Shown here: positions 32,520 to 42,177 of the stretch, one piece after another
Layout of the letters: the number at the start of each line of letters is the position of its first letter
Numbering within the stretch: position 1 is the first letter of the stretch
Source: an uncultured Gemmatimonadales bacterium
Lineage (GTDB): Bacteria > Gemmatimonadota > Gemmatimonadetes > Gemmatimonadales > GWC2-71-9
NCBI GenBank assembly: GCA_963825055.1
Contig: CAWGSK010000013.1
Span: 224,001-288,000 of the forward strand
Direction of reading: 5' to 3'
Length of the DNA stretch: 64,000 nt
Notes under the pieces: model-generated
Database searches by the model: none
What the model was told of the DNA's origin: nothing
What the model saw: the letters and a program-made list of their open reading frames with translations, nothing else
Program-made: the position numbers and the translations under genes

Positions 32520-34076
32520 CTACTCCCACTCAATCGTCGCCGGCGGCTTGGAGCTCACGTCGTAGACGACCCGGTTCACACCGTCCACCTCATTGGCGAT
32601 CCGGCTGGAGATCCTCGCCAGTACATCCGCCGGGAAGGGAAACCAGTCCGCCGTCATGCCGTCCCGGCTGGTAACGGCGCGGAGAGCGACCACCTGGTCG
32701 TAGCTCCGGTCATCGCCCTGCACACCGACCGACCGGATCGGGAGCAGCACGGCGAACGCCTGCCAGATGTCGTCGTACAGGCCGGCGGTCTGGATCTCCT
32801 CGATGTAGATACTGTCAGCCTTGCGGAGCATGTCCAGGTGCGGTCGGGTGACCTCGCCCAGGATCCGGATGGCGAGCCCTGGCCCCGGGAACGGGTGCCG
32901 GCCGACCATCTCCTCGGGCAGCCCGAGCTCCCGGCCCACCTGCCGCACCTCATCCTTGAACAGCTCCCGCAACGGCTCGATCAGCTTGAAGGGAAGCCGT
33001 TCGGGCAGGCCACCGACGTTATGGTGTGTCTTGATGGTCACCGACGGCCCTCCCGTGGGAGACACCGACTCGATCACGTCCGGGTAAAGCGTTCCCTGCA
33101 CGAGGAACCCCACATCGCTGCCGACCTTCCGGGCCTCCGTCTCGAACACGTCGATGAAGGTGTGGCCGATACGGCGTCGCTTTTCCTCAGGATCGGAGAT
33201 CCCCTCCAGGGCCGTCAGAAACTGGTCGGTCGCGTCCACCACGCGCAGGTCGATCCCGAGGTGACGGCGGAAGGTGGACTCCACCTGGGTCCGCTCGTGG
33301 AGCCGCAGCAGGCCATGGTCCACGAAGATGCAGGTGAGCTGGTCGCCGACGGCCCGGTGGACCAGGGCCGCCGCCACCGACGAATCCACTCCCCCCGAGA
33401 GACCGCAGATCACGCGACGATTCCCCACCATGGCCCGCACCTTCTCCACCTCGGTCTCGATGAAGTGTCCCGGTGTCCAGTCCGGGGCGCAGCCGCAGAT
33501 ATTGAAGAGGAAGTTCTGGAGCAGCTCCCCACCGCGGGGCGTGTGGGCTACTTCCGGATGGAACTGGAGGCCGAACAGCGGCCGGCTTTCGTGCCGGAAG
33601 GCCGCGACCGGGCAGTTGTCACTCGCGCCCGTCACCACGAACCCCGGCGGTGCCGTGTCCACGTGGTCTCCGTGGCTCATCCAGACCGGCGTCTCCTCAC
33701 CGGGCTCGAATCCCTCGAACAGCGGCCCTGCCTCGAGGACCTGGAACTCGGCACGTCCATACTCGCGGCGGCTCGCGCGCACGACCGTTCCTCCGCTCAG
33801 CTGCGCGATCAGTTGCATCCCGTAGCAGAGGCCCAGGATGGGCACGCCGAGTTCCAGGAGGGCAGGATCGGCGGTCGGGACATTCTCCCCGTAGACCGAG
33901 TTCGGCCCGCCGGAAAGGATGATGCCCTGCGGCGCCCAGTCGCGGATCCAGTCCAGCGTCCGGGAGGGTGGATGGATTTCGGAGTACACGTGCGCCTCGC
34001 GCACCCGGCGCGCGATCAGCTGGGTGTACTGGGCGCCGAAGTCGAGAATCAGGATTCCAGGGGGATGGTCGGGCAT
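32520..34076 (-). CDS. guaA: GMP synthase (glutamine-hydrolysing)
   Basis: [41 protein letters not shown]. Confidence 0.98.
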   Translation of the reverse strand: MPDHPPGILILDFGAQYTQLIARRVREAHVYSEIHPPSRTLDWIRDWAPQGIILSGGPNSVYGENVPTADPALLELGVPILGLCYGMQLIAQLSGGTVVRASRREYGRAEFQVLEAGPLFEGFEPGEETPVWMSHGDHVDTAPPGFVVTGASDNCPVAAFRHESRPLFGLQFHPEVAHTPRGGELLQNFLFNICGCAPDWTPGHFIETEVEKVRAMVGNRRVICGLSGGVDSSVAAALVHRAVGDQLTCIFVDHGLLRLHERTQVESTFRRHLGIDLRVVDATDQFLTALEGISDPEEKRRRIGHTFIDVFETEARKVGSDVGFLVQGTLYPDVIESVSPTGGPSVTIKTHHNVGGLPERLPFKLIEPLRELFKDEVRQVGRELGLPEEMVGRHPFPGPGLAIRILGEVTRPHLDMLRKADSIYIEEIQTAGLYDDIWQAFAVLLPIRSVGVQGDDRSYDQVVALRAVTSRDGMTADWFPFPADVLARISSRIANEVDGVNRVVYDVSSKPPATIEWE

Positions 34077-34081
34077 CAGGC

Positions 34082-35401
34082 TCAGGAAAATGGGTTCAGG
34101 GTCTCGCCGCACATCAGGTCATCTACCGTCTCGCGGGCCCGGACCACCGCGTGGCGTCCAGCATCCACCAGGACTTCCGCCGCGCGCGGACGGGCGTTGT
34201 AGTTGGAACTCATCACGAATCCGTAGGCGCCCGCACCGAGCAGCGCGATCTGGTCGCCCCGCTGGAGCGGCGGGAGCGGACGGTCCAGGGCCAGGAAATC
34301 GCCGGTTTCGCAGACCGGGCCCACGACGTCCATCGGAGACGCCGCACCATCGCCGCCCGCGATGGCGACAATCTCATGGTGGGCCTGGTAGAGCGTCGGC
34401 CGCATGAGGTCGTTCATGCCCGTGTCCACGATGACGAAGTCCTTCCCGCCGGCGTGCTTGCGGTAGATCACCGTCGCCAGCAGGACACCCGCACTCCCCA
34501 CCAGGAACCGGCCGGGTTCCATGTAGACCGTGAGCCCCGATTCGCGGAGCGGAGGGATGATCTCGCGGGCAAAGGCCCCGAGGTCCATGCCGGGTGCATC
34601 GCGGTAGGGAATCCCGATGCCGCCGCCGATGTCCAGTACCTCGATGGTGTCCACGCCGGTCGCGCGAATGTCGGTAACGAGGTCCAGCAGTTTCCGGATG
34701 CCCTGCAGGTACGGTCCGGCGCTGGCGAGCTGGCTGCCGAGGTGCATCGCGATGCTGGTGAGTGTCAGCCGGGGATGCGCCGCCACCCGGGCCGCCGCCG
34801 TGGGAACCTGGTCGGCGGGGATCCCGAACTTGATGCCGCTCTGACCGGTGGAGATGTACGGGTGGGTTGCCGCAGTCACGTCGGGGTTCACCCGTATGCC
34901 CAGCGCAACAGGCCCGGACCCACTCCGGGCCATGGCTTCCAGGGCCGTCAGTTCGGCCATGCTCTCCACGTTGATGTGGCCCACCCCGTGCCGGATCGCC
35001 AGGGCGAGCTCGGCGTCGGTCTTCCCCACCCCGCTGAACACGATACGATCCGCCGGGAACCCCGCCGCCAGGGCCCGCTGGAGTTCCCCGCCGCTCACGA
35101 TGTCCGCCCCGGCGCCGAGGCGCTGCAGGACATCCAGCACCGCGAGGTTCCCGTTGGCCTTCACCGCGTAGCAGATCTGGTGCGGGACGGCCTCCAGCGC
35201 CTGGTCGAGTGCCGCGTAGCGCTTCCGGATGGCGTCGGCGCTGTATACGAAGGCAGGGGTGCCCACTTCCCGCGCGATCGCGGCCAGGGACACCCCACCC
35301 ATGTGCATCACACCGTTCACCCGCTCGAGACCGGCATCGGCCAGCAGCACGTCCATCGGCGTCACCGTGGCCGGCGCGGCGGCTGGAGGAGCTCCTGCCA
35401 T
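34082..35401 (-). CDS. lysA: Diaminopimelate decarboxylase
   Basis: [39 protein letters not shown]; start uncertain (35401 or 35356). Confidence 0.95.
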   Translation of the reverse strand: MAGAPPAAAPATVTPMDVLLADAGLERVNGVMHMGGVSLAAIAREVGTPAFVYSADAIRKRYAALDQALEAVPHQICYAVKANGNLAVLDVLQRLGAGADIVSGGELQRALAAGFPADRIVFSGVGKTDAELALAIRHGVGHINVESMAELTALEAMARSGSGPVALGIRVNPDVTAATHPYISTGQSGIKFGIPADQVPTAAARVAAHPRLTLTSIAMHLGSQLASAGPYLQGIRKLLDLVTDIRATGVDTIEVLDIGGGIGIPYRDAPGMDLGAFAREIIPPLRESGLTVYMEPGRFLVGSAGVLLATVIYRKHAGGKDFVIVDTGMNDLMRPTLYQAHHEIVAIAGGDGAASPMDVVGPVCETGDFLALDRPLPPLQRGDQIALLGAGAYGFVMSSNYNARPRAAEVLVDAGRHAVVRARETVDDLMCGETLNPFS

Positions 35402-36849
35402 CAATAGGCCCGCGCCCAGACGGCCTCGGCCTGGCTGGGCCGCCCGCACCACATGCAGCTATCGGGGGGAGTGGCACTCCGGAACTCCTCGTCCGGGAGC
35501 ACTCGCACGGTGGCTTTCGTCTTCTCCTTGATCTCCGCCTCGCATCCGGCGTCACCGCACCAGCCGCCGTAGGCGAACCCGCCACCGGACTCGATGTAGT
35601 CGACGAACTCATCTTTTGAGAGCCCGCGGCGGCTGTTCGCCTCGCGGCGTTCCCGGGCCGCACTCAGCAGATTCGCCTGCATGCGCTCGACCTCGCCGGC
35701 CATCCGTTCCCCGACCCCCTCGAGCGGGACGGACTCCTTGTCCCCACCGGTCCGGCGCGCGAGCATCGCCGTGCCGGCGGCCAGGTCACGTGGCCCCAGC
35801 TCGAGCCGGAAGGGAGCGCCGCGCGCCTCCCATTCCCAGTACTTGGCACCGGGCGTCATCCCCTCGCGGTCGTCCACGTGGGCACGAAGTCCCGCCGCCT
35901 TGAGTTCGCCCCGCAGCTTCTCGGCCGCCTCCAGCACCGACATGCGGTCGGCATCCTTGCGGTAGATGGGCACCACCACCACCTGGTACTGCGCCAGCTT
36001 CGGAGGACAGATCAGGCCCTTGTCGTCGCTGTGGGTCATCACCAGCGCGCCCACCAGCCGGGTCGACACGCCCCACGACGTGCTCCAGACGTGATCGATG
36101 CCCCCCTCGGCAGTCTGGAACGTGGTATCGAACGCCTTCGCGAAGTTCTGGCCCAGGAAGTGGCTCGTGCCGGCCTGGAGCGCGCGGTTGTCCTGCATGA
36201 GCGCCTCACAGGCATAGGTGCGGACCGCCCCGGCAAACCGCTCGCTGTCCGTTTTCAGGCCCGTCAGTACCGGCATCGCCATCCACTCTTCCATGAACGT
36301 GCGGTACACCCCGAGCATCCGGCGGGTCTCCTCCTCGGCCCCGACGGCATCCGCGTGGGCCGTGTGGCCCTCCTGCCAGAGGAACTCCGTCGTGCGGAGA
36401 AAGAGCCGGGTCCGCATCTCCCAGCGGACCACGTTGGCCCACTGGTTCAGCAGTACCGGGAGGTCGCGGTAGCTCTGGATCCACTTCGCCAGCATCGCGT
36501 AGATGATCGTCTCGGAGGTGGGGCGCACGACCAGCGGCTCCTCCAGTTCCCTGCCACCACCGTGCGTGACCACCGCGGTTTCGGGCGCGAATCCCTCGAC
36601 GTGCTGGGCTTCCTTCGCGAGAAAGGACTGCGGGATGAACAGGGGGAAGTAGGCGTTCTGGTGTCCGGTCTCCTTGAACATTGCGTCCAGCGCGCCCTGC
36701 ATCTGCTCCCAGATGGCGTACCCGTTCGGACGGATGACCATGCAGCCGCGCACCGGACTGTAGTCCGCGAGCTCGGCGCGCATGATGACATCGTTATACC
36801 AGGCGCTGAAGTCCTCTGCCCGGGGTGTGATTGCCTTGTCGTCAGCCAT
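35401..36849 (-). CDS. proS: Proline--tRNA ligase (archaeal/eukaryote-like type)
   Basis: [37 protein letters not shown]-terminal AY. Confidence 0.96.
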   Translation of the reverse strand: MADDKAITPRAEDFSAWYNDVIMRAELADYSPVRGCMVIRPNGYAIWEQMQGALDAMFKETGHQNAYFPLFIPQSFLAKEAQHVEGFAPETAVVTHGGGRELEEPLVVRPTSETIIYAMLAKWIQSYRDLPVLLNQWANVVRWEMRTRLFLRTTEFLWQEGHTAHADAVGAEEETRRMLGVYRTFMEEWMAMPVLTGLKTDSERFAGAVRTYACEALMQDNRALQAGTSHFLGQNFAKAFDTTFQTAEGGIDHVWSTSWGVSTRLVGALVMTHSDDKGLICPPKLAQYQVVVVPIYRKDADRMSVLEAAEKLRGELKAAGLRAHVDDREGMTPGAKYWEWEARGAPFRLELGPRDLAAGTAMLARRTGGDKESVPLEGVGERMAGEVERMQANLLSAARERREANSRRGLSKDEFVDYIESGGGFAYGGWCGDAGCEAEIKEKTKATVRVLPDEEFRSATPPDSCMWCGRPSQAEAVWARAY

Positions 36850-36854
36850 GGAAA

Positions 36855-36936
36855 GTCGAAGGTCGAAGGTCGAAGGTCGAACGCTCTCTGCCCCTGCCTG
36901 CTGCCTGCTGCCTTATTGCCCGCTGCCTACTGCCCG
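36855..36936. repeat. Paired heptamer locus D (GTCGAAG x4 / CTGCCTG-like x6; arms not complementary)
   Basis: Fills most of the hisS-proS spacer; hisS stop inside a CTGCCTA unit. Confidence 0.9.
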
Positions 36937-38210
36937 TTGCGTACAACTCGCTCCGTCATCCTGCTCATGATCTCGTCGGCCGGGACGGCGTGCTGCTCGT
37001 TGGCCTGGAGGTCCTTGAGCATCACGCGGCCGGCGGCCCGGTCGTCGGGGCCGATCACGATCGCGTGGCGTGCGTTGCGGGCATCGGCGAGCTTCAGCTG
37101 CTTGCCGATGTTCTGGCCGCCAAGGGTGTACTCGACGCGGATACCCGCGTCCCGCAGCTCGTGTGCGAGGGCAAGGACGCTGGGAAGGTCCTCACCGGTT
37201 ACAGCTGCCACGAAGACGTCACAGCCCGCGGCCGCCTCCGGCAACAGGCCCCGGTCCTTCAGCAGTTCGCCGAGCACCACGTCGCCGAAGCCGAAGCCGA
37301 CAGCGGGAAGGTCCACCCCGCCCAGCGCCCCGGCGAGGCGGTCATAGCGCCCGCCGCCGCAGATGGCCCGGAGTTCGCCCTTCGCGTCGAAGAGTTCGAA
37401 GACGGTGCCGGTGTAGTACGCCAGGCCACGGACGATTTTCGGATCCACCAGAAGGAACTCGCCAAGCCCCATCGCCCGGAGCGCCTCGAGCACCTTCGTG
37501 AATCGCTGGCCCGCCTCGCTCGCCATGGCACCGTCAGGGATGGCGCCCCCGACGAATGCTCTCACCGCGTCACGCTGCGGCTGTTCCAGGCCGGCGTCGG
37601 CCAGCACGGCAAGGGAATGGGCCTCGTCGACGCGTTCCCACTTGTCGATGGCGTGGTAGGCAGCATCCAGTCCATCGCCCGAAATGCCCGCCTCGGAGAG
37701 CATCTGGTTCAGCAGGGCGCGGTCGAACAGCCGAACCCGGAAATCCTCCGGCCCGAACCCGAAGGCCCGCATCACGTCGATCGCCAGCGCGATGACCTCG
37801 GCGTCCGCCAGGGGCCCGGGCTCGCCGATCAGGTCGCAGTTCAGCTGGAAGTGCTCGCGGAGACGGCCGCGCTGCTGGCGTTCGTAGCGGAAGAGCTGCG
37901 GAATGCTGAACCAGCGGATGGGCTTCTTGAGCCCGTTGGCGCGCGCCGCCACCATCCGCGCCAGGGTCGGGGTCATCTCGGGCCGGAGGGCCACCTCCCG
38001 GTTTCCCTTGTCGGTGAACGCGTAGAGCTGCCCCACGATCTCCTCGCCGCTTTTCGCCGTGTACAGTTCCAGCGGCTCCAGCGGCGGACCGTCGTACTCC
38101 TCAAAACCGTAGCACCCGGCCACCCGGCGCCAGGTCTCGAAGATGTGCGCGCGAAGCGCGAAGTCGTCGGGGTAGAAATCGCGAAAGCCCGGCAGGGCAC
38201 GGGGTTGCAT
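36927..38210 (-). CDS. hisS: Histidine--tRNA ligase
   Basis: LRPEMTP, FRYERQQRGRLREHFQ, VRGLAYYTG, GGGRYD. Confidence 0.96.
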   Translation of the reverse strand: MQPRALPGFRDFYPDDFALRAHIFETWRRVAGCYGFEEYDGPPLEPLELYTAKSGEEIVGQLYAFTDKGNREVALRPEMTPTLARMVAARANGLKKPIRWFSIPQLFRYERQQRGRLREHFQLNCDLIGEPGPLADAEVIALAIDVMRAFGFGPEDFRVRLFDRALLNQMLSEAGISGDGLDAAYHAIDKWERVDEAHSLAVLADAGLEQPQRDAVRAFVGGAIPDGAMASEAGQRFTKVLEALRAMGLGEFLLVDPKIVRGLAYYTGTVFELFDAKGELRAICGGGRYDRLAGALGGVDLPAVGFGFGDVVLGELLKDRGLLPEAAAGCDVFVAAVTGEDLPSVLALAHELRDAGIRVEYTLGGQNIGKQLKLADARNARHAIVIGPDDRAAGRVMLKDLQANEQHAVPADEIMSRMTERVVRNGQ

Positions 38211-38216
38211 GGGCAG

Positions 38217-38245
38217 AAGATAGCGGGAGCCCCCGGCCCAACCAA
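38217..38245 (-). promoter_or_regulatory. sigma70-type promoter of hisS (probably leaderless)
   Basis: TTGGTT-17-TATCTT on the minus strand, ending 6 nt before the ATG. Confidence 0.5.
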
Positions 38246-38260
38246 CCCGGGGAGCAGCAC

Positions 38261-38321
38261 AAGGTGAAGGGTCCCGTCCCGACGCCCTTCAGCTTTTCAC
38301 CCTTCACCTTTCACCCTGTCA
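38261..38321. repeat. Paired heptamer locus E (short AAGGTGAAGG / CCTTCAC-like x4)
   Basis: cttcagc ttttcac ccttcac ctttcac cctgtca ending in the folC stop; reduced inverted left arm. Confidence 0.75.
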
Positions 38322-39551
38322 GATCCCGCCCCATAGCTCCGCCATCACGTCACCCACCGTGTGAAAGCTCCCGGTCACCAGAATCGTCCCCGCGCCATCC
38401 TGGACCTCCCGGAGGGCGGCGTGGAAGTCCGGCTGGAGGGTCCACGCCGCCCGGGCAGGCGGGCGGTCGGTCCGGACCAGCCATTCGGCCAGCCACCCCA
38501 GGTCCCAGCCTCGACCGGCCGCGGTCGGGGCGCAGGTCAATATTCCCCGGTCGATCACGCGGTCCAGCTCGACCAGCATCCCGGGCCATTCCTTGTCCCC
38601 CAGGATGGAAACCAGCGCGTGGACGGGCCGGGGAACCGGGTCGGCCTCGAGGGCGTGGACCAGGGCCGAGACTCCGTCGGGGTTGTGGGCAACGTCGAAC
38701 AGCCACCGGCCCCGCCGGTCCAGGCGGCCGGCGACGGTGGTCCGACCGAAGGCCTGCTCTACCACCTCGAGCGATGGGCGCCAGCGCGGCGGCAGCGCCA
38801 TCAGCGCCCCGTAGGCGACGGCGGCATTCCGTCGCTGGTGTGGCCCGGCGAGCGCGAGCGGACCGGGCCAGAGGTACCCGGCCGGGAGCACCCGGATATC
38901 GGCCTCACCGCCACGCTCCCGGCAGGCGCGACGGGCCGCCTCCCGGAGTTCCTCCACCAGGGCGGGTTCGGTCTCCCCGATCACGAACGGCACACCGGGC
39001 TTGGCAATCCCGGCCTTCTCGCGGGCAATCTCGGGCAGTGTCTCACCCAGATACTTGTGGTGGTCCCGGGCGATCCGGGTCACCACGCTCACTTCGGGGG
39101 TGATGATGTTCGTGCTGTCCAGCCGGCCGCCGAGCCCGACCTCCACCACCGCGATCTCGACACCCCGGGCCGCAAAATCGGCGAATGCGATGGCAGTGGA
39201 GGCCTCGAAGAATGTGGCCTCCCGCTCACGGATCAGCGGCTCGAGCCGGCTGGTCCACATCGCCACGGCATCCTCGGTGATCGGCTGGCCGTCCACCATG
39301 ATCCGCTCGCGGAATGACACCAGGTGCGGCGAGGTGTAGAGCCCGGTGCGCCAGCCCGCCGTGCGGAGCGATTCCGCCATGAGCGCGGCCACGCTCCCCT
39401 TCCCGTTAGTCCCCGCAACATGAATGGTGGGATACACCAGGTGTGGCGACCCGAGATCCTCCACCAGCGCGGCGGTCGTCTCCAGCCCGAACCTGATGGT
39501 GGTGGTCCGGGGGAACAGAAAGTCGAGCGCCGACTGATAGGTCCTCACCAC
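38319..39551 (-). CDS. folC: Folylpolyglutamate/dihydrofolate synthase
   Basis: HVAGTNGKGS, YTSPHL..ERI, EVGLGGRLDSTN, DVAHNPDG. Confidence 0.95.
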   Translation of the reverse strand: MVRTYQSALDFLFPRTTTIRFGLETTAALVEDLGSPHLVYPTIHVAGTNGKGSVAALMAESLRTAGWRTGLYTSPHLVSFRERIMVDGQPITEDAVAMWTSRLEPLIREREATFFEASTAIAFADFAARGVEIAVVEVGLGGRLDSTNIITPEVSVVTRIARDHHKYLGETLPEIAREKAGIAKPGVPFVIGETEPALVEELREAARRACRERGGEADIRVLPAGYLWPGPLALAGPHQRRNAAVAYGALMALPPRWRPSLEVVEQAFGRTTVAGRLDRRGRWLFDVAHNPDGVSALVHALEADPVPRPVHALVSILGDKEWPGMLVELDRVIDRGILTCAPTAAGRGWDLGWLAEWLVRTDRPPARAAWTLQPDFHAALREVQDGAGTILVTGSFHTVGDVMAELWGGI

Positions 39552-39586
39552 GGGGCACCCGCCTGTCCGCAGGCTGCCTCAGACCT

Positions 39587-39682
39587 CACCACGAAGTGCA
39601 CGAAGGACACAAAGGAAAAGCCTGGATGAATGTTCCCTTCATGACGACCCATCACTTCGTGCCCTTCGTGGCCTTTGTGGTG
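39587..39682. repeat. Paired nonamer locus F (CACGAAGNN x3 / CTTCGTGNN x3, inverted)
   Basis: caccacgaagtgcacgaaggacacaaag ... cttcgtgcccttcgtggcctttgtggtg. Confidence 0.88.
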
Positions 39683-39702
39683 GGGCTGTTGCCATGGTCC
39701 AG

Positions 39703-39731
39703 AAAAAACGCCCCATGAACCATCAGGGCGT
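39703..39731 (-). terminator. Probable intrinsic terminator after accD
   Basis: Minus strand ACGCCC-TGATGGTTCATG-GGGCGT followed by a T run. Confidence 0.6.
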
Positions 39732-39755
39732 CTGAAACACGTTTCCATCACCCGC

Positions 39756-40625
39756 TCAGGCGTACTGCAGTTCGGGCACCTCCGGCTGGCGCTGCCCCTG
39801 CATGTGCCGCAGCAGGCGGGCGGTCGTCTCGCGCAGGCTGGCGCGGGGAACGACGTCGTCAATCTGGCCGTGGTCCAGCAGGAACTCCGCGGTCTGGAAC
39901 CCCGGCGGCAGGTCCTGCCCGATGGTCTGCTTGATGACCCGCTGGCCCGCGAACCCGATTACGGCCCCCGGCTCGGCGAGAATGACGTCACCCTGCATGG
40001 CGAAGGAGGCGGACACGCCGCCCGTCGTCGGATTGGTCAGGATGGAGATATACGGGATGGCGAGGCGCTTCAACTGGGCGATCATGGCGCTGGTCTTGGC
40101 CAGCTGCATGAGGGAGAGCACACCCTCCTGCATCCGGGCCCCGCCGGACGTGGAGACGATGACAAGGGGCAGCCGCTTCTCGGCTGAACGCCGGGCGAGC
40201 CGCGCGATCTTCTCGCCCACAACGGAGCCCATCGACCCGCCCATGAAGGCGAAGTTCATCACTCCCAGATTGTACGGAATCCCGTCCACCCGCCCCGAAC
40301 CGGTGAAGATCGCGTCCTGGTCACCCGACTTCCGGTACGCCGCCTCCAGCCGCTCGGGATAGTTCTCGAACGTCAGCGGGTCGCTCGAACGGAGGTTGGT
40401 GAACATCTCCTTCCATGACCCGGCGTCAGTCAGCAGCTCCACGTAGCCCGCCGCCGTGAACCGCCGGTGGTCCCCGCACTCCGGGCAGACGTTCAGGGCC
40501 TTCTCGAACCGCTCCCTGATATCGACATGCCCGCAGGCCTCGCACTTCTCCCACGCATCGACCGGGATTTCCAGTCGTTCACGCTGCGAGACGCGGGGTT
40601 TCCGCTCTTTCTTGAACCACGCCAT
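39756..40625 (-). CDS. accD: Acetyl-CoA carboxylase carboxyltransferase beta subunit
   Basis: WEKCEAC..CPEC zinc finger, FMGGSMGSVVGE, SGGARMQEG, PTTGGVSAS; start 40625 or 40634. Confidence 0.96.
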   Translation of the reverse strand: MAWFKKERKPRVSQRERLEIPVDAWEKCEACGHVDIRERFEKALNVCPECGDHRRFTAAGYVELLTDAGSWKEMFTNLRSSDPLTFENYPERLEAAYRKSGDQDAIFTGSGRVDGIPYNLGVMNFAFMGGSMGSVVGEKIARLARRSAEKRLPLVIVSTSGGARMQEGVLSLMQLAKTSAMIAQLKRLAIPYISILTNPTTGGVSASFAMQGDVILAEPGAVIGFAGQRVIKQTIGQDLPPGFQTAEFLLDHGQIDDVVPRASLRETTARLLRHMQGQRQPEVPELQYA

Positions 40626-40733
40626 AACAGCCATAGGCTCGGCATTGGGGGGAAGAGTGAGCCCCTAATCTGAGGGCTCAGGAGGACTCGCGCCAGACCT
40701 TGACGTGTAAGATGCTGAAATCAAATGACTTAT

Positions 40734-40928
40734 GGACAGGGCGGACAGGGCGGACAGGGCGGAAGGGCGGACGGGCGGACGGGCGGACGGGGCATCGGGA
40801 GTCGGGAGTCGGGAGGTCGAGAGGTCGAGAGGTCGCAGATAGGAGAACATCTTCCCTACTCCCTACTCCCAACTCCCTACTCACCACTCACCACTCGCCA
40901 TTTGCCACGGGCCACTGGCCACTCACCA
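40734..40928. repeat. Composite repeat locus G (stacked 9-, 8- and 7-mers / 11 in-register heptamers)
   Basis: GGACAGGGC x3, GGACGGGC-like x4, GTCGGGA x2-3, GGTCGAGA x2-3; right arm CTCCCTA>CTCACCA>CTGGCCA 40852-40928, 5 nt from the rodA stop. Confidence 0.93.
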
Positions 40929-40933
40929 CCCGT

Positions 40934-42175
40934 TCAAAGATCCGCATACCCGCTCATCCGACTGTCCCAGGCCACCCGGAGTGCCATTCCCAGGCAAAGG
41001 GCGCAGACCACCAGGAAGGACCCGCCATAGCTGAAGAACGGCAGCGGGATGCCGGTGATCGGCATGAGGTTCACCGTCATCCCCACATTTTCGAAGATAT
41101 GCGTGAACAGGAGGCCCAGCACACCGAAGACCAGGAGGCTGCTGAAGGGGTCGGTCGCCCGGCGGGCGATCCGGACCAGCACCAGGAACAGCCCGAAGAA
41201 GAGCGCAAGGGCAATGAAGACGCCCACAAACCCGAGTTCCTCGCCCACCACGGAGAAGATGAAGTCGGTATGCTGGGCGGGCAGGAAGGCGAGGCGTTTC
41301 TGCGGGCCCTCGAGGTATCCGTTGCCGAGGAGGCCGCCGGACCCGATCGCCACCTTCGACTGGATCGCGTGGTATCCGGCGTGGAGCGGATCAACCTCGG
41401 GGTTCAGGAAGGTGAGCAGCCGGTTCTGCTGGTAGGGCGCCAGCTTCCGCCAGAGCGGCATCGCGATGAAGCCCATCGCTACGTTCACCAGCCAGATCCC
41501 GACCCCCTCAACCGCGAAAGGCCGCCACACGAAAAGCAGGATCGTGAACAGGATCATCCAGCCGAGCCAGGTCCAGGTGTTGAACGCGAGCAGCAGGCTC
41601 AACACGGGCGAGGCCAGGAGAATCAGCAGCCAGGGCCGCACTCCCGCCCAGAACAGCATGGCGAACAGGATGCCGATGAAGACCAGGGCGCTCCCCAGGT
41701 CCGGCTGCTTGAGCACCAGCAGGAACGGAACCCCCGCGAGCAGGCAGGGCGCCGCCAGCTCGCGCAGCGTTGCGGGCGCCTCACGCCGTCCCGAGAGGTA
41801 GCGGGCGAGCATGAGGATCACGGCGATCTTCGCCAGTTCGGCGGGTTGGCCGATCTGGTGGCCGCCGATGGACAGCCAGCTCTTCGTGCCGGCCGCCGTT
41901 CCGGCGCCCGTGCCCACCACCAGAGTCACGAGCAGCAGCAGCAGCGCTACCCCGTAAGCGAATGGCGCCAGCCATTCCAGCAGCCGCGGGCTGACCCGGA
42001 ACATCACCCAGCCGGACACCGAGGCGATCCCGAGCCACATGAGCTGGCGCTTCCAGACGCCTGTGGCCTGGGTGGCGACATCGGTCTGTCCCGCCGAGTA
42101 GAGCACGAGCACGCCGTACAGGATCAGCCCGAAGACGAGGAGAAGGGTCGGACGGTCCACGCCAAGGCGCCGCAT
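40934..42175 (-). CDS. rodA: Rod shape-determining SEDS protein RodA
   Basis: QPAELAK, QPDLGSA, GYHAIQSKVAIGSGG, HTDFIFS, GIPLPFFSYGGS; own ATG at 42175. Confidence 0.95.
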   Translation of the reverse strand: MRRLGVDRPTLLLVFGLILYGVLVLYSAGQTDVATQATGVWKRQLMWLGIASVSGWVMFRVSPRLLEWLAPFAYGVALLLLLVTLVVGTGAGTAAGTKSWLSIGGHQIGQPAELAKIAVILMLARYLSGRREAPATLRELAAPCLLAGVPFLLVLKQPDLGSALVFIGILFAMLFWAGVRPWLLILLASPVLSLLLAFNTWTWLGWMILFTILLFVWRPFAVEGVGIWLVNVAMGFIAMPLWRKLAPYQQNRLLTFLNPEVDPLHAGYHAIQSKVAIGSGGLLGNGYLEGPQKRLAFLPAQHTDFIFSVVGEELGFVGVFIALALFFGLFLVLVRIARRATDPFSSLLVFGVLGLLFTHIFENVGMTVNLMPITGIPLPFFSYGGSFLVVCALCLGMALRVAWDSRMSGYADL

Positions 42176-42177
42176 GG

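Noticed and set aside
40705..40733. AT-rich TAAG...AATCAAATGACTTA segment upstream of accD as an IHF or dif-like site
   Set aside because: Only a partial match to the IHF consensus and not a XerC/XerD 11-6-11 site; too weak to call
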